From contig JAUZRK010000003.1 in assembly GCA_030950485.1 (NCBI GenBank), forward strand, positions 20,228 through 84,227: DNA of 64,000 nt, written 5' to 3'. This stretch comes from Candidatus Dojkabacteria bacterium (GTDB lineage Bacteria > Patescibacteriota > Dojkabacteria > J137). A program made the position numbers and the translations under genes. Positions within the stretch are counted from its first letter, which is position 1. Every line of letters begins with the position of its first letter. The notes under the pieces are model-generated. The model made no database searches, was not told the origin of the DNA, and worked only from the letters and a program-made list of their open reading frames with translations. Of this stretch, positions 1 through 9,489 are shown piece by piece.

Positions 1-441
1 TTTAGTGATAATAGCTGAAGTAATTCCTTTCTTGATTAATTCAGATTTAATCTTATTATCTCCACTTAAACCAAATTCTAATCTTTGTTTAATAAACCAC
101 TCTGTAAATGATTCATCATTAATGTAATTTTTTTCTTTTGATAAATGTATTGCTGTTTTTAACTCTTCTTCACTTAGATTCTGCTTATATCTCAAATAAC
201 CATGTATTTCTTTCTCACTTCTAGGTCTTCTTAAAATTAATGATTGAACCTTAAATATAATCTTGTTTAATGTTGAAGCTTTTTCTAAATCTAACTTTTC
301 TACATTATTTATTTCCTTACCTTTGAATAAAGAAAAATTGATTAGTTGGGTTTTACTTAAACTTATCCAGTATTTTTCATCTAAGAAAATATTTTCATTA
401 TCCAAGTTTCTTTTTTGCTGATTAATTTTAGTAATAATCAT
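1..441 (-). CDS. recX: RecX-like regulatory protein, partial (N-terminal part; 3' end lies beyond window start)
   Basis: Minus-strand translation from ATG at 439-441 gives MIITKINQQKRNL...YINDESFTEWFIKQRLEFGLSGDNKIKSELIKKGITSAII. This matches the RecX three-helix repeat consensus (YIND.RFAE.FIRQR..KGYGP.RI..EL..KGI). The frame runs open to position 1. Confidence 0.5.
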   Translation of the reverse strand, partial: MIITKINQQKRNLDNENIFLDEKYWISLSKTQLINFSLFKGKEINNVEKLDLEKASTLNKIIFKVQSLILRRPRSEKEIHGYLRYKQNLSEEELKTAIHLSKEKNYINDESFTEWFIKQRLEFGLSGDNKIKSELIKKGITSAIITK

Positions 442-481
442 AATAAAATACTCACTATTGTTATCATGGGTATTAAAATAT

Positions 482-1210
482 TTATATTATTGAAAAGTTT
501 TCATTCAATTTCTTCTTAAAAGTCAAAGTTAAAGCAGCAAGACTTAAGAAAGTTAATCCAAGAATTAAGTAAAAGTAGTCGCTTATACTAGAAGTACCGC
601 CTGCTGTATTTGGTAAAACTGTTGCACCACCAGCAGTGCTTCCTCCTCCTGTTGTAGTTCCTCCACTTGCAGCAATTGTAAAGGTTGCTGCTGTTCCAGT
701 AACAGTTCTAGCCTCACTTGCAGTGGCATATTCAGTAGCACCTCTATCTATAACTACAGTTCCACTAGCTCCAACTGTACCTGTAATAGTACCTAATAAT
801 TGCCCCTCAGTTATTGCCTCAGTATCTCCATATAAATGGCAAACAGAGTTTGTAGTAAATGAGACATCTCCAACACAGGTTCCTTGACTAACTAACCATC
901 CATTTGAAGCAGTAAATCCGGTTACAGTCATACCACTTATTTGAATATCAAGTTCAATTCCACTTTCACCAGTTTGAGGTGCTGCTAAAACTTGAATATC
1001 GATAGAATCTCCTGGAGTCAATTCTCTACTTGAAGGATTTGTTGTAAATGCATTAGTTTTAGATATAAAAATACTAGATATTAGTAAGAAAGCTAATACA
1101 TAAGTAAAATATTTTATTAGTTTTTTGTCCATTAATTTCATAAATAAGTAGGTAAATTTCTCTGGAATATTCTTACATATTTTCGAAGAGAGTACAAAGA
1201 AAAAGTCCAC
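482..1210 (-). CDS. LPXTG-type sortase-anchored cell-surface protein (Gly/Thr-rich); true start probably internal (MKLMDKK.. or MDKK..)
   Basis: N-terminal signal peptide (KYFTYVLAFLLISSIFISKTNA). Gly/Thr/Ala-rich low-complexity body. C-terminal sorting signal LPNTAGG followed by a hydrophobic span (YFYLILGLTFLSLAALTLTF) and a basic tail KKK. Confidence 0.6.
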   Translation of the reverse strand: MDFFFVLSSKICKNIPEKFTYLFMKLMDKKLIKYFTYVLAFLLISSIFISKTNAFTTNPSSRELTPGDSIDIQVLAAPQTGESGIELDIQISGMTVTGFTASNGWLVSQGTCVGDVSFTTNSVCHLYGDTEAITEGQLLGTITGTVGASGTVVIDRGATEYATASEARTVTGTAATFTIAASGGTTTGGGSTAGGATVLPNTAGGTSSISDYFYLILGLTFLSLAALTLTFKKKLNENFSII

Positions 1211-1286
1211 AAAATGGAAATTTACGAGATTAGTTATTTATTGTGAGCTTTAAATGAGAGGGGTTGAATATTAACTAGAATAAAAT

Positions 1287-2843
1287 CTAGTTAACGTATT
1301 TTTCATAACTTCTAGTTGCTTTAAGAGCGCTATACTGTCTAGCTGTATCAATAATCACACTTATAATAATAAGAATGCTTGATCCACCTATACCTGATAG
1401 TAAAGCAATATTTATTCCAGTAGTATACTGTATTAAGTATCTTGATACTAATGGAAGCAATGCGATAAATCCTAAAAATAATCCACCAGCAAAAGATATT
1501 TTTAATAATACATTAGAGATGAATTTTTCAGTAGATGCACCTGGTCTTATACCTGGCATAAATCCGCCTGACTTTTGTAAATTCTCTGCTGCATCTTTAG
1601 GTTTCATTATCACGAATGAATAGAACATTGAGAAAGCTACAATCAAAGTGAAGTAAACTAAAGTATAAATAGAATCTTTACCATCTACTATTCCATCTGA
1701 ATTAGAATATAGAAAACTAGCTTTAACATCGTTAGCAAAATTTATTAACCATGAATCACTATCAGCAAAATTTTCAATTAGTGGAACTATCAGCTGAGGT
1801 GCAGACAATAAAGCTGAACCAAAGATCATAGGCATTACACCAGAAACAGTTAACTTAATTGGAAAATGAGCTCCTTCACCTTCATCTCCTCTTGCTCTTC
1901 TTGCATATTGTATCTTTAATTTTCGTACAGATTCATTAATGAAAACTATAGATATAACAGTCAAAATTGCACCTACAATAATACCAACGAGTATCAATAT
2001 ATCTGAAGTTGTTAGTATAGCAAATGAGCCACTAAGAACTTCACCTATTGCATCTAGAATATTAAGACCTGAAAAGTCATTTCTAATATAACCTGGTAAA
2101 GAAGAAAGTATACCAATAGCAATAATTATTGATGAACCATTTCCTATACCTTTCTCAGTTATTAATTCAGATAACCACATTACAAATAGAGATCCAGCTG
2201 TTAAAATTAAAGCCATGAAAATAACTTTTGCTATTGATGGCCACTGACTTCCATCAGCACTAGATATTAAAAATCTTCCTACATCAGTAGCAGATGATAT
2301 TGAAGTACTTCCTGAAGTTAAATCTCTTCTACTTAGAAACAATATATAGGCTGAAGAATACATAAATGATAAAGGTAATGTAAGATACCTTGTATATTGC
2401 TGTATTCTCTGATTTCCAGTCTGACCTTCCTTTGAAAGCTCATGTAATTTAGGGATAACGGGCGTTAAAAGTTGGATAATAATTGATGCATTAATAAATG
2501 CAGCAATACCTAATCCAACAATACTAGGAGAGTCTAATTGACCTCCAGTAAATAGTGTAAATAGATAGTTTGACTCAGTAGCATTACTAGCGCCAAAAAA
2601 TTCTTGATAGACATCCATGTCAATTCCAGGTAGAGGAATTGTAGCCATAGCTCTAAAAATCATTATAATAAGAATGGTTATACCAACCTTTGCAAATAGT
2701 GATTTATTAGTAAATATTTCTTTAATTACTCGTGTTAGAGGATTTGAGTCCAAACCTTTAGAAATTATAGATAAAGATCCAGAAGACTTTACCTGTTTCT
2801 TAGATTTACTTTGTCTTTTTATCTCTTTATATTTATCAGACAT
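1287..2843 (-). CDS. secY: Preprotein translocase subunit SecY (with ~30-aa Lys/Ser-rich N-terminal extension)
   Basis: 10-TM protein with the conserved SecY N-terminal block ...IFRAMATIPLPGID. Sits immediately downstream of rplO in the spc operon. Confidence 0.9.
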   Translation of the reverse strand: MSDKYKEIKRQSKSKKQVKSSGSLSIISKGLDSNPLTRVIKEIFTNKSLFAKVGITILIIMIFRAMATIPLPGIDMDVYQEFFGASNATESNYLFTLFTGGQLDSPSIVGLGIAAFINASIIIQLLTPVIPKLHELSKEGQTGNQRIQQYTRYLTLPLSFMYSSAYILFLSRRDLTSGSTSISSATDVGRFLISSADGSQWPSIAKVIFMALILTAGSLFVMWLSELITEKGIGNGSSIIIAIGILSSLPGYIRNDFSGLNILDAIGEVLSGSFAILTTSDILILVGIIVGAILTVISIVFINESVRKLKIQYARRARGDEGEGAHFPIKLTVSGVMPMIFGSALLSAPQLIVPLIENFADSDSWLINFANDVKASFLYSNSDGIVDGKDSIYTLVYFTLIVAFSMFYSFVIMKPKDAAENLQKSGGFMPGIRPGASTEKFISNVLLKISFAGGLFLGFIALLPLVSRYLIQYTTGINIALLSGIGGSSILIIISVIIDTARQYSALKATRSYEKYVN

Positions 2844-2854
2844 TGTTTATAAAT

Positions 2855-3331
2855 TTATTCAACTTTTCCCCCAGCTTTTTCTATTGCTGTCTTAGCTCTT
2901 TGTGATGTACTAACTCCAACAAATATTAATTTCTTATCAATCTCTTTATCAAATAATACTTTAATATTGTTTGACTTATGAGACTTTAACTTTACTAACT
3001 TTAAATCTATTAGTTTATCTATATCAACTGTATCTCCTTCATTTAAAGCTACTGCTATTTTGCTTAAATTAATTGGAGTATTAAGAACCTTAGAAGTAAA
3101 ATAACCTCTTGTTGTACCTTTATTTGAGATTCCCTTTAAATATGGCACTCTTTTAGAAATTGGATTTTGTCCACCTTCAAATAGTTTACCTGCTTTAACA
3201 TAACCTGTTCTAGAACTTTGTCCCTTATGACCTCCACCAGTAGTGTGACCTCCTTTACCTGAAGATGAACCTCTTCCTCTTTGTACTTTACCGTTAATTG
3301 TTTTTGGTGATTTTAAAGTATTTAATTCCAT
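2855..3331 (-). CDS. rplO: 50S ribosomal protein L15
   Basis: Gly-rich motif GKGGHTTGGGHKGQSSRTG typical of L15; operon position between rpsE and secY. Confidence 0.9.
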   Translation of the reverse strand: MELNTLKSPKTINGKVQRGRGSSSGKGGHTTGGGHKGQSSRTGYVKAGKLFEGGQNPISKRVPYLKGISNKGTTRGYFTSKVLNTPINLSKIAVALNEGDTVDIDKLIDLKLVKLKSHKSNNIKVLFDKEIDKKLIFVGVSTSQRAKTAIEKAGGKVE

Positions 3332-3336
3332 TTTGT

Positions 3337-3951
3337 TTATAATTTCTTACCTCTTAATTCGTTTAAAGCTTCTATTGTTGCATAAGCATTGCTTATAGCA
3401 TTATTTGTACCTTGTATCTTACCTAATAAGTCATCAATACCAGCTAGTTCTGCAATAATTCTCATTGATGATCCAGCAACTACTCCAGTTCCTGGTGAAG
3501 CTGGTTTCATTAAAATTTTAGCTGCACCTTTTTTGTAGAAAATATCGTGAGGAATAGTTTTACCTTTTCTCTCTACTGAAATTAACTTTTTCTTTGCATT
3601 TGTTACAGCTTTAGATTGAGCTGATCTTACATCAGCACCTCTTCCTAATCCTATACCTACATTTCCGTTCTTATCTCCGATAGCTACAAAAACACTTAAT
3701 CTCATTCTTCTACCACCTTTAAACATTCTTGTTACTCTTCTAATTTTAATTATCTTAGTTTCAAATTTGTCTTGATTTTTATCTCCTTTATTTTTATCTT
3801 TAAACTTTCTTTGCCTAACTTTCTTTGTATTTCTTCTTTGCTGAGAATAAGAAGTAGAAGATGTAGAACTAGTAGATTTACTTTCTACACTTTCACTCTT
3901 AACCTCAGGTGTTGTTTTCTTCTCTTCTTTTTCTGTTGGTTTATCTGACAT
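3337..3951 (-). CDS. rpsE: 30S ribosomal protein S5 (with ~60-aa Lys/Ser/Glu-rich N-terminal extension)
   Basis: Core motifs RVTRMFKGGRRM...VFVAIGDKNGNVGIGLGRGADV...KAVTNAKK match S5. It overlaps rplO start, so no rpmD fits between them. Confidence 0.9.
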   Translation of the reverse strand: MSDKPTEKEEKKTTPEVKSESVESKSTSSTSSTSYSQQRRNTKKVRQRKFKDKNKGDKNQDKFETKIIKIRRVTRMFKGGRRMRLSVFVAIGDKNGNVGIGLGRGADVRSAQSKAVTNAKKKLISVERKGKTIPHDIFYKKGAAKILMKPASPGTGVVAGSSMRIIAELAGIDDLLGKIQGTNNAISNAYATIEALNELRGKKL

Positions 3952-3974
3952 TTAATAAAACTTTACTTAAATAA

Positions 3975-4325
3975 TTAGAATTTTATTCCAGCTTCTCTTA
4001 GACCATCTGCAAGAGCACTCACTCTTCCATGATATTTATAACCATTTCTATCAAATACTATTTTATCTATTTTCTTAGCTACCATATCTTTACCTAATTG
4101 CAAACCAACTGCCTTAGCTGACTCAGCTTTTGTACCTGTTTTTGTCTTAAAATCTGATGATGCAGCTAGAGTAATTCTACCACCATCATCTATAGCTTGA
4201 GCTTGTATATGTTTATTTGATCTTTTAACTGTTACTCTTGGTATTAAAGAAGATCCTTCAATATTCTTTCGAACACCTCTCTTTCTTCTTGAATATTTTT
4301 TTTGTTTGTCTATTATTTTACTCAT
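3975..4325 (-). CDS. rplR: 50S ribosomal protein L18
   Basis: Sequence RLAASSDF...GNKAESAKAVG...GYKYHGRVSALADGLREAGIKF is a typical L18 C-terminus; operon position. Confidence 0.9.
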   Translation of the reverse strand: MSKIIDKQKKYSRRKRGVRKNIEGSSLIPRVTVKRSNKHIQAQAIDDGGRITLAASSDFKTKTGTKAESAKAVGLQLGKDMVAKKIDKIVFDRNGYKYHGRVSALADGLREAGIKF

Positions 4326-4336
4326 AATTTTATTTT

Positions 4337-4897
4337 TTAACCTGCGCTTGCTGATTTAGCGGATTTTCTTCTTATTTGTTCATCAGCATATTTAATACCT
4401 TTACCTTTATATGGTTCTGGTTTTCTGTAAGCTCTTATCTTAGCTGCTATCTCACCTACCTTCTGTTTATCATATCCTTCAACTGTTACTTTAGTTTGAT
4501 CTTCTACTGTTATTGTAATTCCCTCAGGAGGTGTTAATTCAATTTTATGTGAATAACCTACTGAAAAAATAACAGTGTTACCATTTGATTCTGCTCTATA
4601 ACCAATTCCAACTATCTCTAACTTTTTCTTATAGCCTTCACTAACTCCTGTAACCATACCTTCTATAAGTGATCTATATAGTCCATGGTAAGACTTAGTT
4701 TGCTTAGCTTCGTTATCTCTTTCTAATTTAACAGTATCTCCTTCGATTAATATAGAAACTCCTCTTCTAATAGATCTTGATAAAGATCCTTTAGGACCAG
4801 TAACAAAAACTTCTTTATATTCGAAATCTCCACCGTCTTTTACTTCAACTGTTACTCCATTTGGTAATTTTATAGGACTATATCCAACTCTACTCAC
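4337..4897 (-). CDS. rplF: 50S ribosomal protein L6 (start placed at in-frame GTG giving MSRVGYSPIKLP..., 11 nt after rpsH stop; the ORF-track start at 4936 overlaps rpsH)
   Basis: SRVGYSPIKLPNGVTVEV...VTGPKG matches the L6 N-terminus SRIGKKPI.IP.GV.V...V.V.GPKG; followed by two alpha/beta L6 domains. Confidence 0.85.
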   Translation of the reverse strand: MSRVGYSPIKLPNGVTVEVKDGGDFEYKEVFVTGPKGSLSRSIRRGVSILIEGDTVKLERDNEAKQTKSYHGLYRSLIEGMVTGVSEGYKKKLEIVGIGYRAESNGNTVIFSVGYSHKIELTPPEGITITVEDQTKVTVEGYDKQKVGEIAAKIRAYRKPEPYKGKGIKYADEQIRRKSAKSASAG

Positions 4898-4907
4898 TAC
4901 AATTAGT

Positions 4908-5300
4908 TTAATAAATATAACATAAATATTCACCACCGATCTTATTCTTTAATGCTTCGTCACCTGTTACTACTCCTCTTGGTGTTGAGAAGATTGATAT
5001 TCCTTGTCCATTTTTTACTGGTGATATTTCTCTATATCCTCTATATTTTCTTACTCCTGGTTTAGATACTCTTACAAGATCTCTTATAACAGGTTTGTCA
5101 TCTACATATCTTAATTTTACTACAAGAGTACTTTGAGGCTCAGCTTCTACAACCTCTACAGACTCAATGAAATTCTCATCTTTTAAAATGTTTGAAATAG
5201 ATTCTAACATTTTTGTATGAGGAACTTCTAAATAGTCCTTTTTTCTTTGTTGTGCATTTCTTATTCTAGCTAAGAAATCTCCTATTGGGTCTGTTATCAT
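4908..5300 (-). CDS. rpsH: 30S ribosomal protein S8
   Basis: MITDPIGDFLARIRNAQQRKK...GQGISIFSTPRGVVTGDEA matches S8 (DPIAD.LTRIRNA consensus). Confidence 0.9.
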   Translation of the reverse strand: MITDPIGDFLARIRNAQQRKKDYLEVPHTKMLESISNILKDENFIESVEVVEAEPQSTLVVKLRYVDDKPVIRDLVRVSKPGVRKYRGYREISPVKNGQGISIFSTPRGVVTGDEALKNKIGGEYLCYIY

Positions 5301-5327
5301 ACTATAAAATTAAGTTTCTATTATTTA

Positions 5328-5597
5328 TTACCAACTGATCTTTCTTACTCCAGGCATTTTTCCGTCTCTTACTTTATCTCTTAGTGCAATTCTACTCATT
5401 TTAAATCTACCTATATAACCTCTTGCTCTTCCTGTAATCTCACATCTATTTCTATATCGACTAGCTGCTGAATTTCTAGGAAGTTTTAGCAATTTTTCAT
5501 AATCACCTTCAGCTATAAGTTTAGCTCTTTTCTCAGCAAACTGATTTATCAACTTTCTTCTTTTTCTATTCTTTGCAACTGCTGCTTTACTTGCCAT
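5328..5597 (-). CDS. rpsN: 30S ribosomal protein S14
   Basis: MASKAAVAKNRKRRKL...RYRNRCEITGRARGYIGRFKMSRIALRDKVRDGKMPGVRKISW is the S14 signature. Confidence 0.85.
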   Translation of the reverse strand: MASKAAVAKNRKRRKLINQFAEKRAKLIAEGDYEKLLKLPRNSAASRYRNRCEITGRARGYIGRFKMSRIALRDKVRDGKMPGVRKISW

Positions 5598-5674
5598 TTA
5601 ATCTTATTTTATATTTAATTTATTTACTAGCTTTGTATTATACAAAAAAAACACTTAATTAATCAAATAATATA

Positions 5675-6232
5675 TTAAGAATTCTTTTTACTTTTCTTAA
5701 AAGGCATTCCTAACATAGATAATAATTCAAATCCTTTTTCATCTGTATCTGCAGATGTTACTATAACTATCTGTAAAGATCTAATTTTTGCTAATTTAGT
5801 AGTATCAATTTCTGGAAAAACTGTATGTTCTCTCATTCCTAAAGTATAATTTCCTCTTTTATCAAAAGAATTTCTAGGAATACCTCTAAAATCTTTTACA
5901 CGAGGTAACGTTACATTTATAAGTTTTGATAAGAAATCCCACATCTTTTTCTTTCTCAAAGTTACTTTAATACCATTTGGCATTCCAGCTCTTAACTTGA
6001 AATTAGAAATTGCTTCTTTTGAATAGGTAACTATAGGTGCTTGACCAGTAATTTCTGATATTACATCTTTCATTTCATCTACTACAGATGAATTTGTATT
6101 AAATTCTTTACCTATACCAGCATTTACAATAATCTTTTCGACTTTTGGCACTGCCATAATATTATTAATATCAAACTTCTTTTGAAGTTCTGTTACTATT
6201 TCTTTTTTGTACTTTTGTTGTAAATCGTTCAT
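5675..6232 (-). CDS. rplE: 50S ribosomal protein L5
   Basis: Conserved L5 blocks (KYKKEIVTELQKKF...VPKVEKIIVNAGIG...GMPNGIKVTLRKKKMWDFL), operon position. Confidence 0.9.
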   Translation of the reverse strand: MNDLQQKYKKEIVTELQKKFDINNIMAVPKVEKIIVNAGIGKEFNTNSSVVDEMKDVISEITGQAPIVTYSKEAISNFKLRAGMPNGIKVTLRKKKMWDFLSKLINVTLPRVKDFRGIPRNSFDKRGNYTLGMREHTVFPEIDTTKLAKIRSLQIVIVTSADTDEKGFELLSMLGMPFKKSKKNS

Positions 6233-6258
6233 CTTATTAATATGGAACTTATTTATAT

Positions 6259-6594
6259 TTAATCAATTACTTTTCCAGTCTTTTTAGATACTCTTGTTTT
6301 TTTACCTGTCTTTAGATCTACTTTAAAACCTAATCTAATTGGAACTCCTTCTTCTAAATACATTACATTAGAAATGTCTACTGGTTTTTCAAACTCTATT
6401 ATTCCTCCAGGAATATTATAAGCCTGATTTGGCTTTTGAGCTTTTTTAACTATATTAACCCCTTCTATAATGACTTGAGTTTTTTTTACACCATTCTTCT
6501 CTACTTTTTGAACTACTTTTAATATCTTCCCTTCCTTTCCACTATCTTTACCTGACATTACTCTTACTACATCTCCAGTTTTTAATTTTCTCAT
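6259..6594 (-). CDS. rplX: 50S ribosomal protein L24
   Basis: MRKLKTGDVVRVMSGKDSGKEGKILKV... KOW-domain start typical of L24. Confidence 0.9.
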   Translation of the reverse strand: MRKLKTGDVVRVMSGKDSGKEGKILKVVQKVEKNGVKKTQVIIEGVNIVKKAQKPNQAYNIPGGIIEFEKPVDISNVMYLEEGVPIRLGFKVDLKTGKKTRVSKKTGKVID

Positions 6595-6611
6595 TTTATA
6601 AAAAATTTAAC

Positions 6612-6995
6612 TTATAATACTTCAGGTGATAACGAAATTACCTTATTGAATCCTCTATCTTTTAGTTCTCTAGCTACAGGTCCAAAAATTCTTGTTCCTT
6701 TTGGTTCATTTGTATCTTTATTTATAATTGCTACAGCATTCTCATCAAATCTTATAAGAGAACCATCTTTTCTTTTCACCTCTTTTCTAGTTCTTAATAT
6801 TACAGCATGAGCTACATCTCCCTTCTTGTAATTAGAGTTAGGAAGTACTCTTTTTACTGAACAACTAACAATATCTCCAACTGTTCCAGTCTTTTGAAAA
6901 GTTCTTCCCTTCTTGCTACCTAAAACTTGTATCACAAGTACTTCTTTAGCACCACTATTATCAGCAACTTTTACTCTTGACATTTTTTGAATCAT
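6612..6995 (-). CDS. rplN: 50S ribosomal protein L14
   Basis: [19 protein letters not shown]...[21 protein letters not shown]...[10 protein letters not shown] matches L14 nearly residue for residue. Confidence 0.92.
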   Translation of the reverse strand: MIQKMSRVKVADNSGAKEVLVIQVLGSKKGRTFQKTGTVGDIVSCSVKRVLPNSNYKKGDVAHAVILRTRKEVKRKDGSLIRFDENAVAIINKDTNEPKGTRIFGPVARELKDRGFNKVISLSPEVL

Positions 6996-7022
6996 AGTAC
7001 TTTCTTTTAACCTTACTTATAA

Positions 7023-7286
7023 TTAGTCCTTTAAAATAAATGTTTTATTCTTAGATATTGGTTTGCAACTTTCAGCAATCACTGTATCTCCAACTTTTAT
7101 ATTCTCTATCTGTTTATCTGATGCATGAACTAAAAAATTCTTATGCTTTTTTAATATCTTCTCATATAAAGGATGAGCAAACTTAATCTCAACTCTAATT
7201 TTTACAGTATTAGTTGAAGAAATTTTTACTACTTCTCCAGTAACCTCTCTTTTTATAACTTTCTTTTCAGTATTATTTTTAGTCAT
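7023..7286 (-). CDS. rpsQ: 30S ribosomal protein S17
   Basis: KREVTGEVVKISSTNTVKIRVEIKFAHPLYEKILKKHKNFLVHASD matches the S17 OB-fold consensus. Confidence 0.88.
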   Translation of the reverse strand: MTKNNTEKKVIKREVTGEVVKISSTNTVKIRVEIKFAHPLYEKILKKHKNFLVHASDKQIENIKVGDTVIAESCKPISKNKTFILKD

Positions 7287-7291
7287 ATTTA

Positions 7292-7558
7292 TTATTTCTC
7301 TAGATTTAATTTTGTTAATTTTCTAGCTATTTCTCTCTTTAATTTAGTAACTTTAGAAGTATTACTTTCTTCACCTACTACAAGTTTTAATTTAGTTCTC
7401 TGTAATTCTACTTTCAAATCTTCTAACTTCATAGAAGATATATCCTTAACTTTAGCTACCTTTTTAGCAGCTTTAACTTCCTTAACTTCTGTAGCTTTAA
7501 CTTTCTCTACTACTTTCTTATTTGTTTTTGTATTTGTCTTTTTATTAGTTTCAGCCAT
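7292..7558 (-). CDS. rpmC: 50S ribosomal protein L29 (with Lys-rich N-terminal extension)
   Basis: MKLEDLKVELQRTKLKLVVGEESNTSKVTKLKREIARKLTKL matches L29; preceded by a ~40-aa K/T/E-rich extension. Confidence 0.8.
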   Translation of the reverse strand: MAETNKKTNTKTNKKVVEKVKATEVKEVKAAKKVAKVKDISSMKLEDLKVELQRTKLKLVVGEESNTSKVTKLKREIARKLTKLNLEK

Positions 7559-7559
7559 T

Positions 7560-7964
7560 TTACTTACTAATTACTCTTAATTTTAAAGGGAATTTTTGTG
7601 CAGCTAACTTTAAAGCGTGTTTAGCTACTTCTTCAGTTAAACCTCCTAGCTCGAAAATAACTCTACCTGGCTTAATTACAGCCACATATCTGTCAATTTC
7701 TCCTTTACCTCCACCTCGCTTTACTTCTGAACTTTTTGCTGTTACAGGTTTATGTGGAAACACCTTTAGCCAAGTCTTACCTTTTCTCTTTGTATGTTTT
7801 ACTATAACCTTTCTTGCAGCTTCTAATTGTCTACTAGTTATCCAACCTCTATCGACTGCTTGCAAACCAAAATCTCCATAAGCTAAAGTAGAACCTTTTA
7901 GAGAGATTCCTCTCATTTTACCTCTAAACTCTTTTTTATGTTTTCTCTTTTTAGGCTGTAACAT
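7560..7964 (-). CDS. rplP: 50S ribosomal protein L16
   Basis: MLQPKKRKHKKEFRGKMRGI...GDFGLQA...WITSRQLEAARKV matches L16. Confidence 0.9.
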   Translation of the reverse strand: MLQPKKRKHKKEFRGKMRGISLKGSTLAYGDFGLQAVDRGWITSRQLEAARKVIVKHTKRKGKTWLKVFPHKPVTAKSSEVKRGGGKGEIDRYVAVIKPGRVIFELGGLTEEVAKHALKLAAQKFPLKLRVISK

Positions 7965-7974
7965 TTATCGATTT

Positions 7975-8631
7975 TTAATCTAAACTATATTTATTTTTTT
8001 CTCCATTATTTACCCACACTTTAATACCGTGCTTTCCTGCTCCTGGTACTTGAGCCTCAGTAAAAGCATAGTCTACATCAGCTCTTAAAGTATGTCTTGG
8101 TACTTTACCCCAAGTAACTTTTTCTCTTCTTGCCATTTCTGATCCTTTAATTCTTCCTCCAATCCAAATTGAAATACCTTTTATTTTTCCTGACTCCACT
8201 GCCGCTGCTTTTGCTTTCTCAGCTGCAACTTTAGGATTCACTCTTCTTTCGCATTGGAAAGCTATAGACTCCGCTATTAATTTAGCTACTGTTTCAGGTG
8301 ACTTAACTTCAAATATTTTTGGCTCAACTTCTTGTTTAGCAATCTTTGTTAACTTCTCCTTTAATTTTACTATTGCAGTACCTCCTTTACCTATTACTAC
8401 TCCAGGTCTTGCAACACTAATGTCTACTAGGATTTTAGACATTGATCTTTTTATAATAACAGATGCTACGCCAGCTGTTTTCAAATCTTTTTCAATTGCC
8501 TCTCGAATTTTATCATCTGATAAAAAAGTATCTGCAAATTTATGTTTGTCAGTATACCATCTTGATATCCAATTTTTATTAACACCTAATCTGAAAAGAT
8601 TTGGGTGAACTTTGTGTGCTCCTCTTGCCAT
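7975..8631 (-). CDS. rpsC: 30S ribosomal protein S3
   Basis: HPNLFRLGVNKNWISRWY...KH-domain...GAGKHGIKVWV matches S3. Confidence 0.9.
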   Translation of the reverse strand: MARGAHKVHPNLFRLGVNKNWISRWYTDKHKFADTFLSDDKIREAIEKDLKTAGVASVIIKRSMSKILVDISVARPGVVIGKGGTAIVKLKEKLTKIAKQEVEPKIFEVKSPETVAKLIAESIAFQCERRVNPKVAAEKAKAAAVESGKIKGISIWIGGRIKGSEMARREKVTWGKVPRHTLRADVDYAFTEAQVPGAGKHGIKVWVNNGEKNKYSLD

Positions 8632-8701
8632 GTTTAGATTATCTTATTTTAAATTGAGCTTTTAATTTTATCAGACAAAATGCTAATTTCCTAATAATAA
8701 A

Positions 8702-9157
8702 TTACTTTTTGTTAGTTTTCTTAGCCTTATCTGTAACTACTTTTGACTTTTTTTTAACTACTTCCTTTTTACTATGAGTTTTAGTGATCTTTTCTTCTTT
8801 TACAGTAGCATTTTCTGCTTCAGTTAAAATATCTACAATAGACACACTAACTGTTGAGAATTCTCTACTTATAGGTTTTACTCTACCTCTAGAACCTGAT
8901 TTATATCTCTTTAATCTTCTAGCTTTATCAACTCTAATCTCTTTAATGTAAAGATGATCAGGGTTTAAGTTATAATTGTTTATAGCATTTGCTCTTGCAC
9001 TAAATAATACTTTATATACATCCTTAGCTGCCTTCTTTGGCATGTACTCTAGTATTGGAAGAGCATCATCAACAGACATTCCTCTTACTACATCTACAGG
9101 AATCTTAACTTTCTGTACAGACCCTTTTATGTTTTTTGCTATTGCTCTTACTTCCAT
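8702..9157 (-). CDS. rplV: 50S ribosomal protein L22 (with Lys-rich C-terminal extension)
   Basis: MEVRAIAKNIKGSVQKVKIPVDVVRGMSVDDALPILEY...ARANAINNY...HLYIKEIRVDKARRLKRYKSGSRGR matches L22. Confidence 0.88.
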   Translation of the reverse strand: MEVRAIAKNIKGSVQKVKIPVDVVRGMSVDDALPILEYMPKKAAKDVYKVLFSARANAINNYNLNPDHLYIKEIRVDKARRLKRYKSGSRGRVKPISREFSTVSVSIVDILTEAENATVKEEKITKTHSKKEVVKKKSKVVTDKAKKTNKK

Positions 9158-9180
9158 TTTATTAATTATTTATTGTTATA

Positions 9181-9483
9181 TTATGCAGCTCTACCAGTTG
9201 AACCTGTAGCTTTTGCAATCTTTCCTTTCTTACTATGACCATTAAATTTTCTTGTTGGAGAAAATTCACCTAACTTATGACCAACCATTGATTCTGTTAC
9301 AAAAACTTTAATAAAGTATCTTCCATTATGTACCTCGAAAGTTACACCAACCATATCAGGGGATATAGTACAAGCTCTTGACCAAGTTTTTATAGCTTTA
9401 TTACTACCTTCGTCTTTTTGCTTCTTAACTTTTTTTAGCACTCTTGGGTCTATGTAAGGTCCCTTTTTTGAACTTCTTGACAT
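9181..9483 (-). CDS. rpsS: 30S ribosomal protein S19
   Basis: [19 protein letters not shown]...[38 protein letters not shown] is the S19 signature. Confidence 0.92.
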   Translation of the reverse strand: MSRSSKKGPYIDPRVLKKVKKQKDEGSNKAIKTWSRACTISPDMVGVTFEVHNGRYFIKVFVTESMVGHKLGEFSPTRKFNGHSKKGKIAKATGSTGRAA

Positions 9484-9489
9484 AATACT

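Noticed and set aside
636-887. Plus-strand ORFs inside minus-strand genes. Examples: 636-887, 1375-1623, 2617-2895, 8420-8608, 8976-9209, 9780-9968, 11780-12001, 16389-16601, 17264-17455, 17854-18135, 19384-19599, 22447-22629, 23761-24000, 24310-24495, 27545-27739, 33000-33224, 39883-40116, 43080-43289, 45620-45808, 53320-53640.
   Set aside because: All are antisense or overlapping frames within well-supported genes. They have low-complexity composition and no motifs, so they are typical shadow ORFs.
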